Below, in pieces: positions 51,702 to 63,368 of a stretch of DNA of 64,000 nt; the first letter of the stretch is position 1; each line of letters starts with the position of its first letter. The translations under genes were made by a program, and so were the position numbers. The stretch is from assembly GCA_963842525.1 (NCBI GenBank), contig CAWJGT010000009.1, positions 192,001 through 256,000 on the forward strand, in the 5' to 3' direction. The notes beneath the pieces were generated by a model that worked only from the letters and a program-made list of their open reading frames with translations, ran no database searches and was not told where the DNA came from. The DNA comes from an uncultured Holophagales bacterium (GTDB lineage Bacteria > Acidobacteriota > Thermoanaerobaculia > Multivoradales > UBA5704).

Positions 51702-53519
51702 ATGCCAACCGCGAAACGAATGACCGAGGTCTCGAACGCGATCGTCGTCGCGTGCACGCCGCGAGCGGCCCACGAGGCGCTCCAACTCATGCAATCCCTG
51801 CGTGACCTCGGATACGCATTGGCGGAGGCTATCATATCCGTAGATTCCGATGCCAGCGCGTTCGATTCGATCGCCCGGAACAAGCTCATCATCGTTTGTA
51901 TTGCTGCCGACTTTGAAGCTCACGACGCGTTTCTCAACAGAATCATTGATGCGAAGAGGCCCGAGCAGCAACCAGTCTTAGTGCTGCGCGATATTTACCT
52001 TGAGCAACTGCCACCTCGCTTCCTAATTCACTGCCTCAGTAGCTACTTGGAGTGGTCGACACCGACGAGCGTCTCAGCCAATGCAGTTCCGATTCTTGAG
52101 GAGTTCGTTTCGGCATCGGGTAATCATCCTCTCGTCTCGTATGCTAAAGAGCAAGCCGCAATGCCTCTTATCGAGGTCGAGTTCACTCTCAGGCAGGTGG
52201 CCCAGGGCGACTTGAATGAACTCGGAAAGCTTGGACTAGATTTTGTTTTTGAGGGTTACCGAGATCATGACTCTCGTGAGGTCAGGGAAGCAGCGCACAG
52301 AATCCAGGAGTACGCGAAGCAACACGGAGTTGACCATCAGTTCGATCTTACCCGTGACCGGAGGTTTGCCGGAGATAAATCCCTCGCCCGTGGCAAATAT
52401 TATACCGTGGCCGAAGATCAATCTGGATCTGATCGAGGAGTGCTCGTCGCGGAGCTAATGGCCTACTACAATCCCCTGCACTCCGGGATCATCGAGATCT
52501 ACGATCTGACCGTTCCGGCCTACAAGCAGGTCTTCCAGCGTAGGTATGGGCTCGAAATTTGTCGACGGGCGGGTGTCAGCTTGCCCGAGGATGGTCTCGT
52601 GGTCGTGTATTTTCTGCCAAGCTGCAAAGCCCACCCGTTCGGGCACCTGGTCAGCAGCAACCAGACTCTGGCCTTCATTACGATACCGGTGACGGTGACG
52701 ACGCAGAGAATACCGGGGGTCCTGGACCTTCGGCAGCCCGCAGTCGCCGATTGGTTCGCAAAGCACTTTTCGTCTTTGGTCTGGAACCGGGATGGGGTCA
52801 ATGTGCCGGTGTTTCCGAATAAGGAGCCAGTTAGTAACTTCCGGGAGATCCTGCCGTCTCTCTTGACACAGCAGTTAGGGGGAGGCGGGTTCACGAAAGT
52901 TGTGGGTTGGTGGCTCCGAAGACACGGTGTGCGCGGGCTTGTGTTCCCGTCCGCACGTTATGACAGCAGCTTGAAGGCTTCAAACGGGAAGTGCGTGTCG
53001 TTCAGCGGCTGGAATTTGGTTGACTATCGGGGTTCTTCCCTGGGCGACGTCGATCTACGGATAGACGTAAGCTCAACGTGGCCGGACATCATTGAGAATT
53101 CTCCCGACGGGTTGCTGGATGCGCTAATGGGGAAGCAACCCGTTCGATACACAGACGTAGACCTGAAGTATACCAGGACAGGGGAAGCGGCTGGGAGCTG
53201 GGAGGTAACTGGATTGGTTGCCCGCCGGCTCGCCACCACACAAGTCGCCAAAGTGTTCTCGCAACTGGCTGGGCTGGAGATCTCAGACGAGAGCAAGAGA
53301 GTGCTGGGTAGCTGGTTGCTTTCGATGCAGCCGAATCAGGCCCGGACAGCACACGCAGACGTTTTGATCTGGGCATTGCTCGGCGTCGAGCAGGCGAAGG
53401 CGGATATCCTCGCCTGGAAGTCTGCGGCAGAGTCAGGCAAACATCACGAGCTGGCAGGCGCTTTTGACGATGTTGTTAAGAACTCTCGAGTGTTTCCAAG
53501 CCAATCTGGATATGAATAG
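51702..53519 (+). CDS. Lower-GC protein with a degenerate TIR-like N-terminus and RES-like domain (start uncertain)
   Basis: RF...YY...E, VLDLR and GVRGLVFPSAR resemble RES motifs; the N-terminal alpha/beta pattern resembles TIR. Confidence 0.55.
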   Translation: MPTAKRMTEVSNAIVVACTPRAAHEALQLMQSLRDLGYALAEAIISVDSDASAFDSIARNKLIIVCIAADFEAHDAFLNRIIDAKRPEQQPVLVLRDIYLEQLPPRFLIHCLSSYLEWSTPTSVSANAVPILEEFVSASGNHPLVSYAKEQAAMPLIEVEFTLRQVAQGDLNELGKLGLDFVFEGYRDHDSREVREAAHRIQEYAKQHGVDHQFDLTRDRRFAGDKSLARGKYYTVAEDQSGSDRGVLVAELMAYYNPLHSGIIEIYDLTVPAYKQVFQRRYGLEICRRAGVSLPEDGLVVVYFLPSCKAHPFGHLVSSNQTLAFITIPVTVTTQRIPGVLDLRQPAVADWFAKHFSSLVWNRDGVNVPVFPNKEPVSNFREILPSLLTQQLGGGGFTKVVGWWLRRHGVRGLVFPSARYDSSLKASNGKCVSFSGWNLVDYRGSSLGDVDLRIDVSSTWPDIIENSPDGLLDALMGKQPVRYTDVDLKYTRTGEAAGSWEVTGLVARRLATTQVAKVFSQLAGLEISDESKRVLGSWLLSMQPNQARTAHADVLIWALLGVEQAKADILAWKSAAESGKHHELAGAFDDVVKNSRVFPSQSGYE

Positions 53520-53639
53520 TAAAGGCTATCGTACGCGACGGGCTGTGTTGCCGAGAGCACGTCCGCCCGGTGCGGCTGAACGGACCATCGTCGGGGAATC
53601 TCTTGGCCTGAACCAGGCGACCGCGGGCCATCGAGGGCG

Positions 53640-53693
53640 GCATAACCAGCACGTGAGCCCGACGGGTTCGCCCGCGGGTTACGCGCATCCCGT
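53640..53693 (+). other. attC-like hairpin interrupted by the intron
   Basis: GCATAAC-N5-CGT(G)AGCCCG(A)CGGG-TTCG-CCCGCGGGTTACG-N8-GT|TGGCC. Confidence 0.45.
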
Positions 53694-54407
53694 GTGTGCC
53701 AGGCATGGCACAGAACTGAAGAGGTGAAAGCCCTCTGCCAGGTGTTCGCAGAGCCGAAGGCTAGGATAAGGCAAGGGCGTCATCGCGAGGTGGGGTCTGA
53801 AGGAAGCCTGATTCCAAAACTGCGGGGCGACGAACAGGAACCAGATATGAGGTGTGGTCCATCCGGGACGAGCTGGCACGGAACAGCGAAGTCCTCCTTC
53901 TGCGATTGGGGTGGGCTTTATAAATCTGGCGCTTATGCAGTGAAAGTTCTGTGTCTTACCCTGGGAGATCTGCTCGGTGTTCGGTGGGAGCCGAACTGAG
54001 TGGGGAGCAATCCCTTCTGACCGCCGTGCAGAAGTCAGCAGAGGGCATAGTAGAGGCGAGAGCCTTGAAGGCCTGAACGGTGCCCCGGCCAGGAGCGGGG
54101 TGAATGAGAGGAGAAGTCGCTTCGTGAGGAACCACGGCATTGCATCTGTCAAGCAGCGAAAGCTGCCTCTGGCTTGTCCAGAGGATGAAGCCGGGGTTAG
54201 GTCACGGGGAGGACACTCCGGTTTGTCCCACGAACCGGCTGGAGCGGGAGTTGGAGCCATCCAACCCAACATCAGTTCCCGCGACGGCAGTTCGCCGAAG
54301 GGCGAATGGCAAGAGGGGCCGACCAATCAGCCGAACCGCCGTGTACGTGACCCGTATGCACGGTGGTGTGGGAGGAGGGGGTCCGTGAGGGCCCCCCCTA
54401 TCCCGAT
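53694..54407 (+). ncRNA. ORF-less group IIC intron (714 nt)
   Basis: 5' GTGTGCCAGGCATGG; GAAGTCAGCAGAGGGCATAGTA; domain V GAACCGCCGTGTACGTGACCCGTATGCACGGTGGTGT; domain VI ends CCTATCCCGAT; no RT motifs. Confidence 0.88.
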
Positions 54408-54516
54408 TGGCCGTCGCAACTTGCCCGCTCCTCCTGCGGGCGGTAGGTCGTCGACCACAAACGAGCGCTTTGCCAATTCCGGATCCATCGCAACCCTCCA
54501 TGGCCTTGTCGGGGAA

Positions 54517-55107
54517 TTAGGCCGGGCCAAGGACTTTGCGCAGGAGCCGGTCGAACTCGGGAATCCGCTCCGGTGTGTCCAAGATTTGAGCGAACTCACG
54601 GACGAAAGCACGCACTCTCTCCAGATCGATACGGTCTCCATGCAGCGTGAGTAGCTGCTCAATGTCGTATCGATCCCGATCCCTCCAGGCAAGCGCTTTG
54701 TAGATCACGAGGTCTTCGGGAACCGCCACCGGGATCTTCACCCCTCCGAAGCTTACCTCGACGGCTCTCTCCAGGGCTTCCTGCTCGAAGGAGGAAAAGG
54801 CCAAGCTGATTTCCAGGGTGACCTGCGTCTTCTCATGCACGAGCAAGAGGACTTGGCTCTCCTCGGCAAACTCCAGGATGTCTGCAATCCGAGGACGAAT
54901 CGAGCACCCTGCCAGGACTTCGAGAATTTGGGAAGTATCCAGTCGAGTGGCGAGGACCGTAGCATCGATATCGACGGTCTGGCGAGCTACTCCGTGAGCG
55001 ATGACCGCGATTCCCCCGATCACCATACTAGGGGCTTCGATCCGCTGGAGAGCTTTCGTCAGGTCGGCGAGAGCCTTAAGGATCTTCTGGCTTGGCCGCT
55101 TTGCCAT
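54517..55107 (-). CDS. Nucleotidyltransferase (AbiEii/DUF6036-like)
   Basis: VIGGIAV..HG..RQTVDID and EDLVIYK...RDRDRYDI motifs. Confidence 0.8.
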   Translation of the reverse strand: MAKRPSQKILKALADLTKALQRIEAPSMVIGGIAVIAHGVARQTVDIDATVLATRLDTSQILEVLAGCSIRPRIADILEFAEESQVLLLVHEKTQVTLEISLAFSSFEQEALERAVEVSFGGVKIPVAVPEDLVIYKALAWRDRDRYDIEQLLTLHGDRIDLERVRAFVREFAQILDTPERIPEFDRLLRKVLGPA

Positions 55108-55345
55108 GGGCTTGGTAGAAGCTGCGGACACGGACCCAGCGCCTCCGCGCCAGCTCGTTGTCGCGACGGCGAGCTTCATTTTCGGGAGGAGGCCAGCCGT
55201 GCATTTTGCCGAACAGGTCCATGAGCTCCAAGGACCCCTGGACGGCCGTAGCGATATCAGGCCCCGCCTTGCGGCGTTCTTTGCGCTCTTGCGCCTCAGC
55301 AGCCTGCCACCCAGCCACCATGCGGCGCACGTCTTCCGGGTTCAT
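55076..55345 (-). CDS. Small partner protein of the nucleotidyltransferase
   Basis: 89-aa helical ORF overlapping the NTase start. Confidence 0.6.
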   Translation of the reverse strand: MNPEDVRRMVAGWQAAEAQERKERRKAGPDIATAVQGSLELMDLFGKMHGWPPPENEARRRDNELARRRWVRVRSFYQAHGKAAKPEDP

Positions 55346-55395
55346 GGGACAGAGTATACGCGCCTGCCACTCCAAGCTTCGAGCTACGAGGTAGC

Positions 55396-56310
55396 TTACA
55401 AGGAGGACGCAACCGCCGCTGCCACCCTGGCGTTGTTCCGCAGCAGCGTGAGGTTGGCGGTCTTGCTCCTCCCTGCCGTGAGCTCGGCGACGCGGGTCAG
55501 CAGGAAGGGGGTCACAGGTTTGCCGCGGAGGCCCTGGGCGGCGGCTTCGTGGACGGCCTGGGCGATGGCGGCTTCCATGTCGGCCGCGGGGATGGCGGCG
55601 TCTTCCGGGCAGGGAACGCAGAGGAGCAGACCGCTCGCGGGGCTGTGGGACCACAGCTCACGGGCGATCGCGGCCACGTCGCCGGGCGTGTCGGCCCGCG
55701 CTTCGAGGGGGAGGCCGCTCTCGCGCGAGTAGAAGGCGGGGGAGCTCATCGGTCTGGTAGCCGACGACCGGGACGCCCCAGGTCTCCAGCCATTCCAGGG
55801 TCGCGGGCAGGTCGAGGATTGCCTTGGCTCCCGCGCAGACGACGAGGACGGGGGTGCGCGCCAGCTCGGGCAGGTCGGCGGAGACGTCGGTGTGGTCGCC
55901 GCGCTCGCTGCGATGAACGCCGCCGATGCCGCCGGTGGCCATCACCCGGATTCCGGCCGCGTGGGCCGCGATCATCGTGCCGGCGACGGTCGTCGCGCCG
56001 TCCCTCTGCTGGGCGATCGCCACCGGGAGATCGCGGCGGCTGATTTTCCAGATGCCGGGCGCGCGGGCGAGGTGCTTGAGGGCGCTGTCCTCCAGGCCGA
56101 TGTGGATGCGCCCGCCGAGGAGAGCGATGGTGGCCGGCTCGGCGCCGCCGGCACGCACCTCGGCCTCCATGCCGCGCGCCAGCTCGAGGTTCTCCGGCCA
56201 GGGCAGGCCGTGCGAGATGACGGTCGATTCGAGCGCGACCACGGGGCGGCCGGCGTCCAGGGCGGCGCGCACCGCTGGATGGAGGACGAGGTTCGGGTCG
56301 GGCATTTTCC

Positions 56311-56314
<4 letters not shown>
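55396..56314 (-). CDS. psuG: Pseudouridine-5'-phosphate glycosidase (frameshift near 55740)
   Basis: [35 protein letters not shown] and GKPVTPFLL motifs. Confidence 0.92.
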
Positions 56315-57759
<1,445 letters not shown>

Positions 57760-57803
57760 GGGAAGGCTTCCTTATTTATGGTGGTGCCGGCGGCCGTGGG
57801 CCC

Positions 57804-59108
57804 TCACCCCCGGCCCCTCTCCCATCCGCACTCCCCACCCCCGGGAGAGGGGAGCCCCCCACCCGGGGAGCTCCCTGCCTTTGCATCTTCCCCCCTCTCC
57901 CGGTGAGGGCTCCGCGGCAACATCAGCCTGAAAATCGTCCCCTCCTCCGATGTCCCCAGCAGCTCCAGGTCGCCGCCGTGGTCGAGGAGGATCTTCTTGG
58001 AGATGGCCAGGCCGAGGCCCATGCCCTGGCCCAGCGGGCGGGTGGTGACGTAGGGCTCGAAGACCCGGGCGCGGATCGTGGCCGGGATGCCCGGTCCGTC
58101 GTCGGCGACGTCGAGGACCACGTCCCGGGTCGTTCCCGAGAGCCGCAGGGTGACGGTGCCGCGGCGCTCTCCAAGGGCGAGCGCGCTGTTGTCGCAGAGG
58201 TTCACCAGGGCCTGGCGCAGCATCTCGCGGTCCACGGGGACCGTGAAGTCTCCCGCCGCGGGCGGCTCGCAGCGGAGAGTCAGGTTCGGCCAGGCGCGAG
58301 CGAAGGTCTCGGCGGTCTCTTCCACGACTTGCCGCAGGTCGTGCGCCTCCAGGCGGGGCTGCGGCAGGCGGGCGAAGGAGGTGAACTGGCGGGTGAAGCG
58401 GCCGAGGCGGTCGAGCTCCTCGGCCACGCTGCCCGCCACCTGCCGGACCTCCCCGGCCGGCGGCAGCTCCTCGCCGGCCAGGAGCTCCTGGAGCCGCGAC
58501 AGCTCGAGCTGGGCGGCGCCGAGAGGGGTCCGCATCTCGTGGGCGTGGCGGCGCGCCGTCTCCTGCCAGCGCGAGAGGTTCTCCATGGCCGCGAGGCGCC
58601 GCCGGTCCCGGGCCATGAGGCGCGAGACCTCTTCCACCATGACGGCGATCCGTCCGAGCGTGTCCCGGCCGCGGTCGCCGACCTCGACCGTGTCCTGGCC
58701 CGACGAGAGGCGGACCAGGGCATCGCGCAAGCGGGCGATCCGGCGTTCCCGCCGCCCCTGCCGCACCAGGTGCGCGCCGCCCGCCGTCAGCAGGATGCCG
58801 CCGACGAGCCCGAGGAGGATCAGCTCGTAGCGGCGGAGGATCGCCCCCCGGTTGTGCTCCAGGATGCGCAGGTGCTCGAGGAGCGTCTGGGCCTCGTCGA
58901 AGCGGCGGCGGTAGCCGGCGCTCCGCTCCGGCTCCAGGCGGGCGAGCCGTTTCTGGTCGTCCCGCGACCGTTCGAGGGCGGCGATCACCTCGGGCTGGAC
59001 GCCGAGGCGAAACCAGGAGGCCGAGACCTGCCGTTCGAACAGCCAGAGGACGGCCGCCGCGGCGAGCAGGAGACCGGCGAGCGTCGCGGCGGCCGAGCGC
59101 CAGCTCAC
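57804..59108 (-). CDS. Sensor histidine kinase (NtrY-like)
   Basis: AHEMRTPL H-box; NLCDNS, DDGPGI and GMGLGLAI motifs; two TM segments. Confidence 0.9.
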   Translation of the reverse strand: MSWRSAAATLAGLLLAAAAVLWLFERQVSASWFRLGVQPEVIAALERSRDDQKRLARLEPERSAGYRRRFDEAQTLLEHLRILEHNRGAILRRYELILLGLVGGILLTAGGAHLVRQGRRERRIARLRDALVRLSSGQDTVEVGDRGRDTLGRIAVMVEEVSRLMARDRRRLAAMENLSRWQETARRHAHEMRTPLGAAQLELSRLQELLAGEELPPAGEVRQVAGSVAEELDRLGRFTRQFTSFARLPQPRLEAHDLRQVVEETAETFARAWPNLTLRCEPPAAGDFTVPVDREMLRQALVNLCDNSALALGERRGTVTLRLSGTTRDVVLDVADDGPGIPATIRARVFEPYVTTRPLGQGMGLGLAISKKILLDHGGDLELLGTSEEGTIFRLMLPRSPHRERGEDAKAGSSPGGGLPSPGGGECGWERGRG

Positions 59109-59779
59109 TGCTTCCTCCCCGTACCCGTCGCGGACGGGAAGATGAGATTCCACTCCTGCTCCAGCAGGGCCGAGCGCTGGATCGAGGTGGCCAGCAGCAG
59201 GTTGAGGACTTGGCCAAGCGTCTCCGGCTGCTCTTCCAGGGCCCGCGAGACCGCTCCGGCGCTGCCCGGCTCCTCGGCCGCGAGGGCCTGCGAGAACCAG
59301 CGCTGGGTCTCGAGCTGCTCGGACTGCGAGAAGGGGATGAGCCGCAGCCGCACCTCGACCCGCCAGGGCGGCTGGTCCGCGGCCCGCGGCAGCCGGGCCA
59401 CGTCGAGCTTCACCTCCCGCCACCATGCGGCGAGGCGCTCGAAGCTCGGGAAGCTCGTGCGGACGGCGCGGCCCGCGGCGTCGATCCGGGTCACCAGGTA
59501 CACCTCGTCCCACAGCTCGTAGCGGATGTCCACGCGGGCGCCGCCGTCCACCCGCCCGCGGCCCGGCACGGTGGCGCGCACATGGAAGGCCAGCGTCGTC
59601 GTGAGGCCGGTCGCGAGCTGTTTGCGGACCTCGGCGTCGCCCAGGAGGGGAGGGAAGCCGGTGAGGGCGGCCCAGTCGCCGGCCGAGGGCTCCAGCCGCG
59701 GGGGAGGCGGATCGGGCGCGGCGGCCAGGAGGCCCGGGAGCAGCAAAAGCAGCGCCGCCGGCAGCGCGGCGCGCCTCAC
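59105..59779 (-). CDS. Exported accessory protein (DUF4390-like)
   Basis: Signal peptide; LATGLTTT and IRYELWDEVY; translationally coupled to the kinase. Confidence 0.6.
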   Translation of the reverse strand: MRRAALPAALLLLLPGLLAAAPDPPPPRLEPSAGDWAALTGFPPLLGDAEVRKQLATGLTTTLAFHVRATVPGRGRVDGGARVDIRYELWDEVYLVTRIDAAGRAVRTSFPSFERLAAWWREVKLDVARLPRAADQPPWRVEVRLRLIPFSQSEQLETQRWFSQALAAEEPGSAGAVSRALEEQPETLGQVLNLLLATSIQRSALLEQEWNLIFPSATGTGRKQ

Positions 59780-61194
59780 GGCAGCACCTCTCCGAGGTCC
59801 AGGTAGACGAAGCCCACCCGCAGCCGGCCCCATTGGTTGCGGAAGACGAGCCCCGTCGAAACCTGGAGCCTCTCCATGGGGTTGGGGGTTTGCGCCAGGC
59901 CAAGGTCCGGCGAGGTGGTCTCCATGCCGAGCTCTACGCCGGTCTCGAAGCGCAGGTCACCGAATCCGCGGTCGCCGCGAGACCGCCAGAGGCTCACCGC
60001 ATGCCGGAAGCCGGCGGACGCTCCGAAGACGTCGAGGTCCGTCCTGGCGATGGGGCCATCGAGGGTGGGCAGGTTGTGGACGGTGGAGGTGCCGACCGAG
60101 AGCCGTCCTGTCCCGGAGATCGTCTGGCGGGGAGTGATCGACCAGTGGCGGGTGGCGGAGAAGGACGCTGCGACGTACTCGGACTCGAACGGCGGCAGCT
60201 CTTCGATCCTGAATCCCGGGGCCTCTTCCTGGAGCCGGAACCAGAGCAGCCGCTCGGACTCCAGGGTGGAGCGCTCGACTCCGGCCGTGAGTGTCAGGCC
60301 CCGGGTCGGCAGCAGCGGATCGTCGCTGGTGTCCAGGACCCACTGGATCTCGGCGCGCTCGTAGGTCACATCCGAGCCGATGCTGGTGACATCCAGGAAA
60401 GACCGGAAGTCCTGGGTTTCGAGGATCTCCCGCCGTATGGACCCGTTGCCGGTCCTGCGGCTCCATCCCATCTGGAGCGACTGGCTGGTCCGCAGCGGGA
60501 CGGCAAGGTGGAACGAGGCTTTCTCGGACTCGGTCCATTGCCAGGTGACGAACCCGGGGTCGAGCCCGAAGGGGACCGCCTCGCGGACGCAGCAGAGCCC
60601 GTTGTACGAGTAGCTGACCCCGGCCAGGATGCCGCGGCCGAAGAGGTTGTAGTGCGTGTAGCCCGCCTGGACGCCCTCCACGTTGTCGAGGCTCGCGAAG
60701 AGGACGCCGGAGCGGCCGGTGAACAGGCGGGCTCCGATCAGGCCCGGCAGGTTGTAGACGACGTCCGCACCGTCCCCGAAGCTCCCGTCGAGGTCCACCG
60801 GCTGGTCGAAGAAGAAGAGGCGGAAAGAGTGGTCGTAGAAAAACCAGCGAGCCGGCTGGGCCTGGATGACCAGCTCGTAGGCGCCGCGTGCGCTCCCCTT
60901 GCGCAGCGAGAATGTCGCGTCGAGCACGAAGGGGAGGCGGTGGACCCGGTAGACCGCCTGGCGCAGCTCGTCCTCGGTGTAGGTCTGCCCTTCCCGGAGC
61001 AGCGTCTCGGCCTTGACGATCCGCGCGGCGGCCTCGCGCGTCCCCTCGACGGAGATCTTCTCGATCAGCAGCCGCGGCGGCTCCGCGTTCACCTCCTGTG
61101 CGCGGACGGAGACCGCGGCCAGCAGGAGGAGCGCTCCGAGCAGTAGTGCCCGAGGTCGCCGGGGCCGGGGGAATCGGAATGCAGAAGCCATCAT
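59776..61194 (-). CDS. POTRA plus beta-barrel outer-membrane protein (Omp85-like)
   Basis: IEKISVEG...LREGQTY...RLPF POTRA motif; DDPLLPTRG. Confidence 0.7.
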   Translation of the reverse strand: MMASAFRFPRPRRPRALLLGALLLLAAVSVRAQEVNAEPPRLLIEKISVEGTREAAARIVKAETLLREGQTYTEDELRQAVYRVHRLPFVLDATFSLRKGSARGAYELVIQAQPARWFFYDHSFRLFFFDQPVDLDGSFGDGADVVYNLPGLIGARLFTGRSGVLFASLDNVEGVQAGYTHYNLFGRGILAGVSYSYNGLCCVREAVPFGLDPGFVTWQWTESEKASFHLAVPLRTSQSLQMGWSRRTGNGSIRREILETQDFRSFLDVTSIGSDVTYERAEIQWVLDTSDDPLLPTRGLTLTAGVERSTLESERLLWFRLQEEAPGFRIEELPPFESEYVAASFSATRHWSITPRQTISGTGRLSVGTSTVHNLPTLDGPIARTDLDVFGASAGFRHAVSLWRSRGDRGFGDLRFETGVELGMETTSPDLGLAQTPNPMERLQVSTGLVFRNQWGRLRVGFVYLDLGEVLP

Positions 61195-61596
61195 GGGCTC
61201 ACCTCTCCTCGTCCGGTCGGGGGCGGGATCGCCCGCGACGGCGGCCGCGGAAGGGGCAAGGCCGGTGCCGTCCTCGCGCCGCACCGGGAGGGAGCATGGA
61301 TCTCCCGGGAAACAAAGGTCTTCCAGGCGCGGAGGAAGCCTGTGGGAACGGCCGTCCGTCCTGCGGAATCGTATGGAGAAGCATACACCCTGTGCGGGAA
61401 ACCGTCCTGCGGGACATAAAAAAACGCGGAGGATTCCTCCGCGAAACCAAATCACAGATTTCGATCGCAACCGAACCCGCGAGGCGTGGGGCGGCAACCG
61501 GAGAGAGGGGTTCCCCGCGCCTCGCGAAGTTTTCGGGTCTCTAAGAGTGGTAGTGCTCCGGAGCGAGAAAAGCGAGCCAGGGAAACGAGGAATCCT

Positions 61597-61971
61597 CTAC
61601 CGTGAGTCCTGGGGGAGGATCAGCAGGACGAGCTGGTTCAAGTGATAGGCGATGGCCTGGGTGTGCTCGGAGACGGCCCGCAGCAGAGGCTCCCGCTCCG
61701 CCGGGAACGGTGCCGCGGCCTGCTGGGCCTCGCCGTTCTCCACGGCGACGCGCTGGTTGCGCTCCCCCCAGGCCGCCTCTTCGAGGACCTGGGGCTCGAC
61801 GCCGAGGCCCAGGGAGAGCTTGGCGAACATGTCCGCGCGCGGCATGCGGTCGCCGCCCTCATAGATGCTCCACGCGGAGGGGCTGATACCCGCGATGTCT
61901 GCGCATTCCTTCTGCGTGCGGGGGCCCCGCAACTTCTTGATCGCCCGTCCGAGGTCTTCCTTTCCGAACAT
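61597..61971 (-). CDS. XRE-family HTH regulator
   Basis: TQKECADIAGISPSAWSIYEGGDRMP. Confidence 0.85.
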   Translation of the reverse strand: MFGKEDLGRAIKKLRGPRTQKECADIAGISPSAWSIYEGGDRMPRADMFAKLSLGLGVEPQVLEEAAWGERNQRVAVENGEAQQAAAPFPAEREPLLRAVSEHTQAIAYHLNQLVLLILPQDSR

Positions 61972-62354
61972 GGGCCCATCATAGAAAGGCGGTTCTTCAA
62001 AGGCAATCCAAGTAAAGCAGAATCAAGAAGTTACGGGGAACGAGCAGAAGTGGTCGGCGGACGTTATCGAGCGCGTGTGAGGTCCATGGAGGACAACATT
62101 CCGTGATCGTTCGACCGAAATCTATTTACGCGCGGCGTAGAGCTTGGAGCGCGGAAAATGTCGCGGCAAGTAGCGCTTTCGGGCCTCTACGGGCACGGAG
62201 GGGCGTATCGCTCCTCCTTCCGGGGGTCCGGGCCCGGCCAGCCTGTTGCCTTGAAGGGGGCGGGGACATCAAGGAGGGTGATGCCCCAACTCCGGAGCCG
62301 ATCGGCAACGGTCTGTGGGGGCAGGCGGCGGAGGTGGGTAGGTAACCTCGTTGC

Positions 62355-62753
62355 TCAGACGGCCGGAAACGACACCCACGGAAGGTCGTCGATATGGCTG
62401 AAGTGGGGATCGGAGGAGATGAGATCCGCGTTGGCTTCGAACGCGTGCGCCGCAATCCAGATGTCGTTGGTCGGGATGGGCCGCCCTTTCTTCCGCAACG
62501 CGGCAGAAATCCGCCCGAACCGATCGGCGGTATCCCAGGTGACCAGTAGCAGGCGAACGTTCGGATCTTCGAGGAAAGATTTGAGCGCTCGGGCATTCTC
62601 TTCGTAGCGCGAGCCGTTCCGGAAGCCGAACAGCAGCTCGCCTACGACGACGATCGACAAGAGCACCTCTTCCGAGCTTCTCACCTGCTCGGCGACGAAT
62701 TCGTGACCCTGCCGTAAGGCCGAGTAGGCGTTGGTATCGAGAAGGACTCTCAC
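62355..62753 (-). CDS. vapC: VapC PIN toxin
   Basis: LLDTNAY, VVGEL, PTNDIWIAA and SSDPHF motifs. Confidence 0.92.
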   Translation of the reverse strand: MRVLLDTNAYSALRQGHEFVAEQVRSSEEVLLSIVVVGELLFGFRNGSRYEENARALKSFLEDPNVRLLLVTWDTADRFGRISAALRKKGRPIPTNDIWIAAHAFEANADLISSDPHFSHIDDLPWVSFPAV

Positions 62754-63031
62754 TGCCAGAAGGATTCGTCGACCTGCTCGAAGATCTCGACGGCCTTGAG
62801 GACTTCGGCTCCCTGCTCCGCCGACCAGGTGCCGATGAAGCGATCCAGAGCATGGCCGATCGCCTTGGGCGGCTCGTAGGCTCCCCGATCCTCTTGCCCT
62901 TCTTGGCGAACGAGCGTCAGGCGCACCGTCCGACCGCCAGTGCTCGTGATGACGACCTCCCGCCCAGCGGCTGCCTCCTCAATCAGCTCACCGAGATGTC
63001 CTTCCGCTTCCTTGAGGCTGACCTTGATCAT
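62750..63031 (-). CDS. Phd-like antitoxin
   Basis: EAEGHLGELIEEAAAGREVVIT; C-terminal GTWS...FEQVDESFWQ. Confidence 0.8.
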   Translation of the reverse strand: MIKVSLKEAEGHLGELIEEAAAGREVVITSTGGRTVRLTLVRQEGQEDRGAYEPPKAIGHALDRFIGTWSAEQGAEVLKAVEIFEQVDESFWQ

Positions 63032-63151
63032 GGGGAGGAGGATACCACTCCTGTCCAAGCCTGAGGCAGCCCGCAGAGGCGGGTAGTGTCCAGAGAGGGT
63101 GCCGATCCTTCCAGGATGCGGAGGGAAATGTCTTTCAGAGGGGATAGAAAA

Positions 63152-63224
63152 TGGAGCAGAAGGGATTCGAACCCTCGACCCCCACGTTGCGAACGTGGTG
63201 CTCTCCCAGCTGAGCTACTGCCCC
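63152..63224 (-). tRNA. tRNA-Ala(CGC), CCA not encoded
   Basis: Cloverleaf GGGGCAG...CTGCTCCA with G3:U70; anticodon arm CCACG-TTCGCAA-CGTGG; GTTCGAAT T-loop. Confidence 0.96.
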
Positions 63225-63368
63225 ACACAGGGAGCCGGTATTGTACTCACCGCAGGACGGCGCGGCAAGGCCGTGACGGATCCCGGCTCGCGACCCTCAA
63301 CCCGGGCCGGGCGCAGAGGAATTCCCCTCCGGCATCCGGCGCTATCATGTCCAGGATTGGATCTTCCC

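Noticed and set aside
61200-62350. A third DPxG peptide near the XRE gene at 61597-61971
   Set aside because: Manual reading found no small ORF ending in DP[DN]G and no TPR paralog here.
63152-63224. tRNA-Ala as the attachment site of an island
   Set aside because: No duplicated tRNA 3' end or adjacent integrase was noticed; only a TA pair lies downstream.
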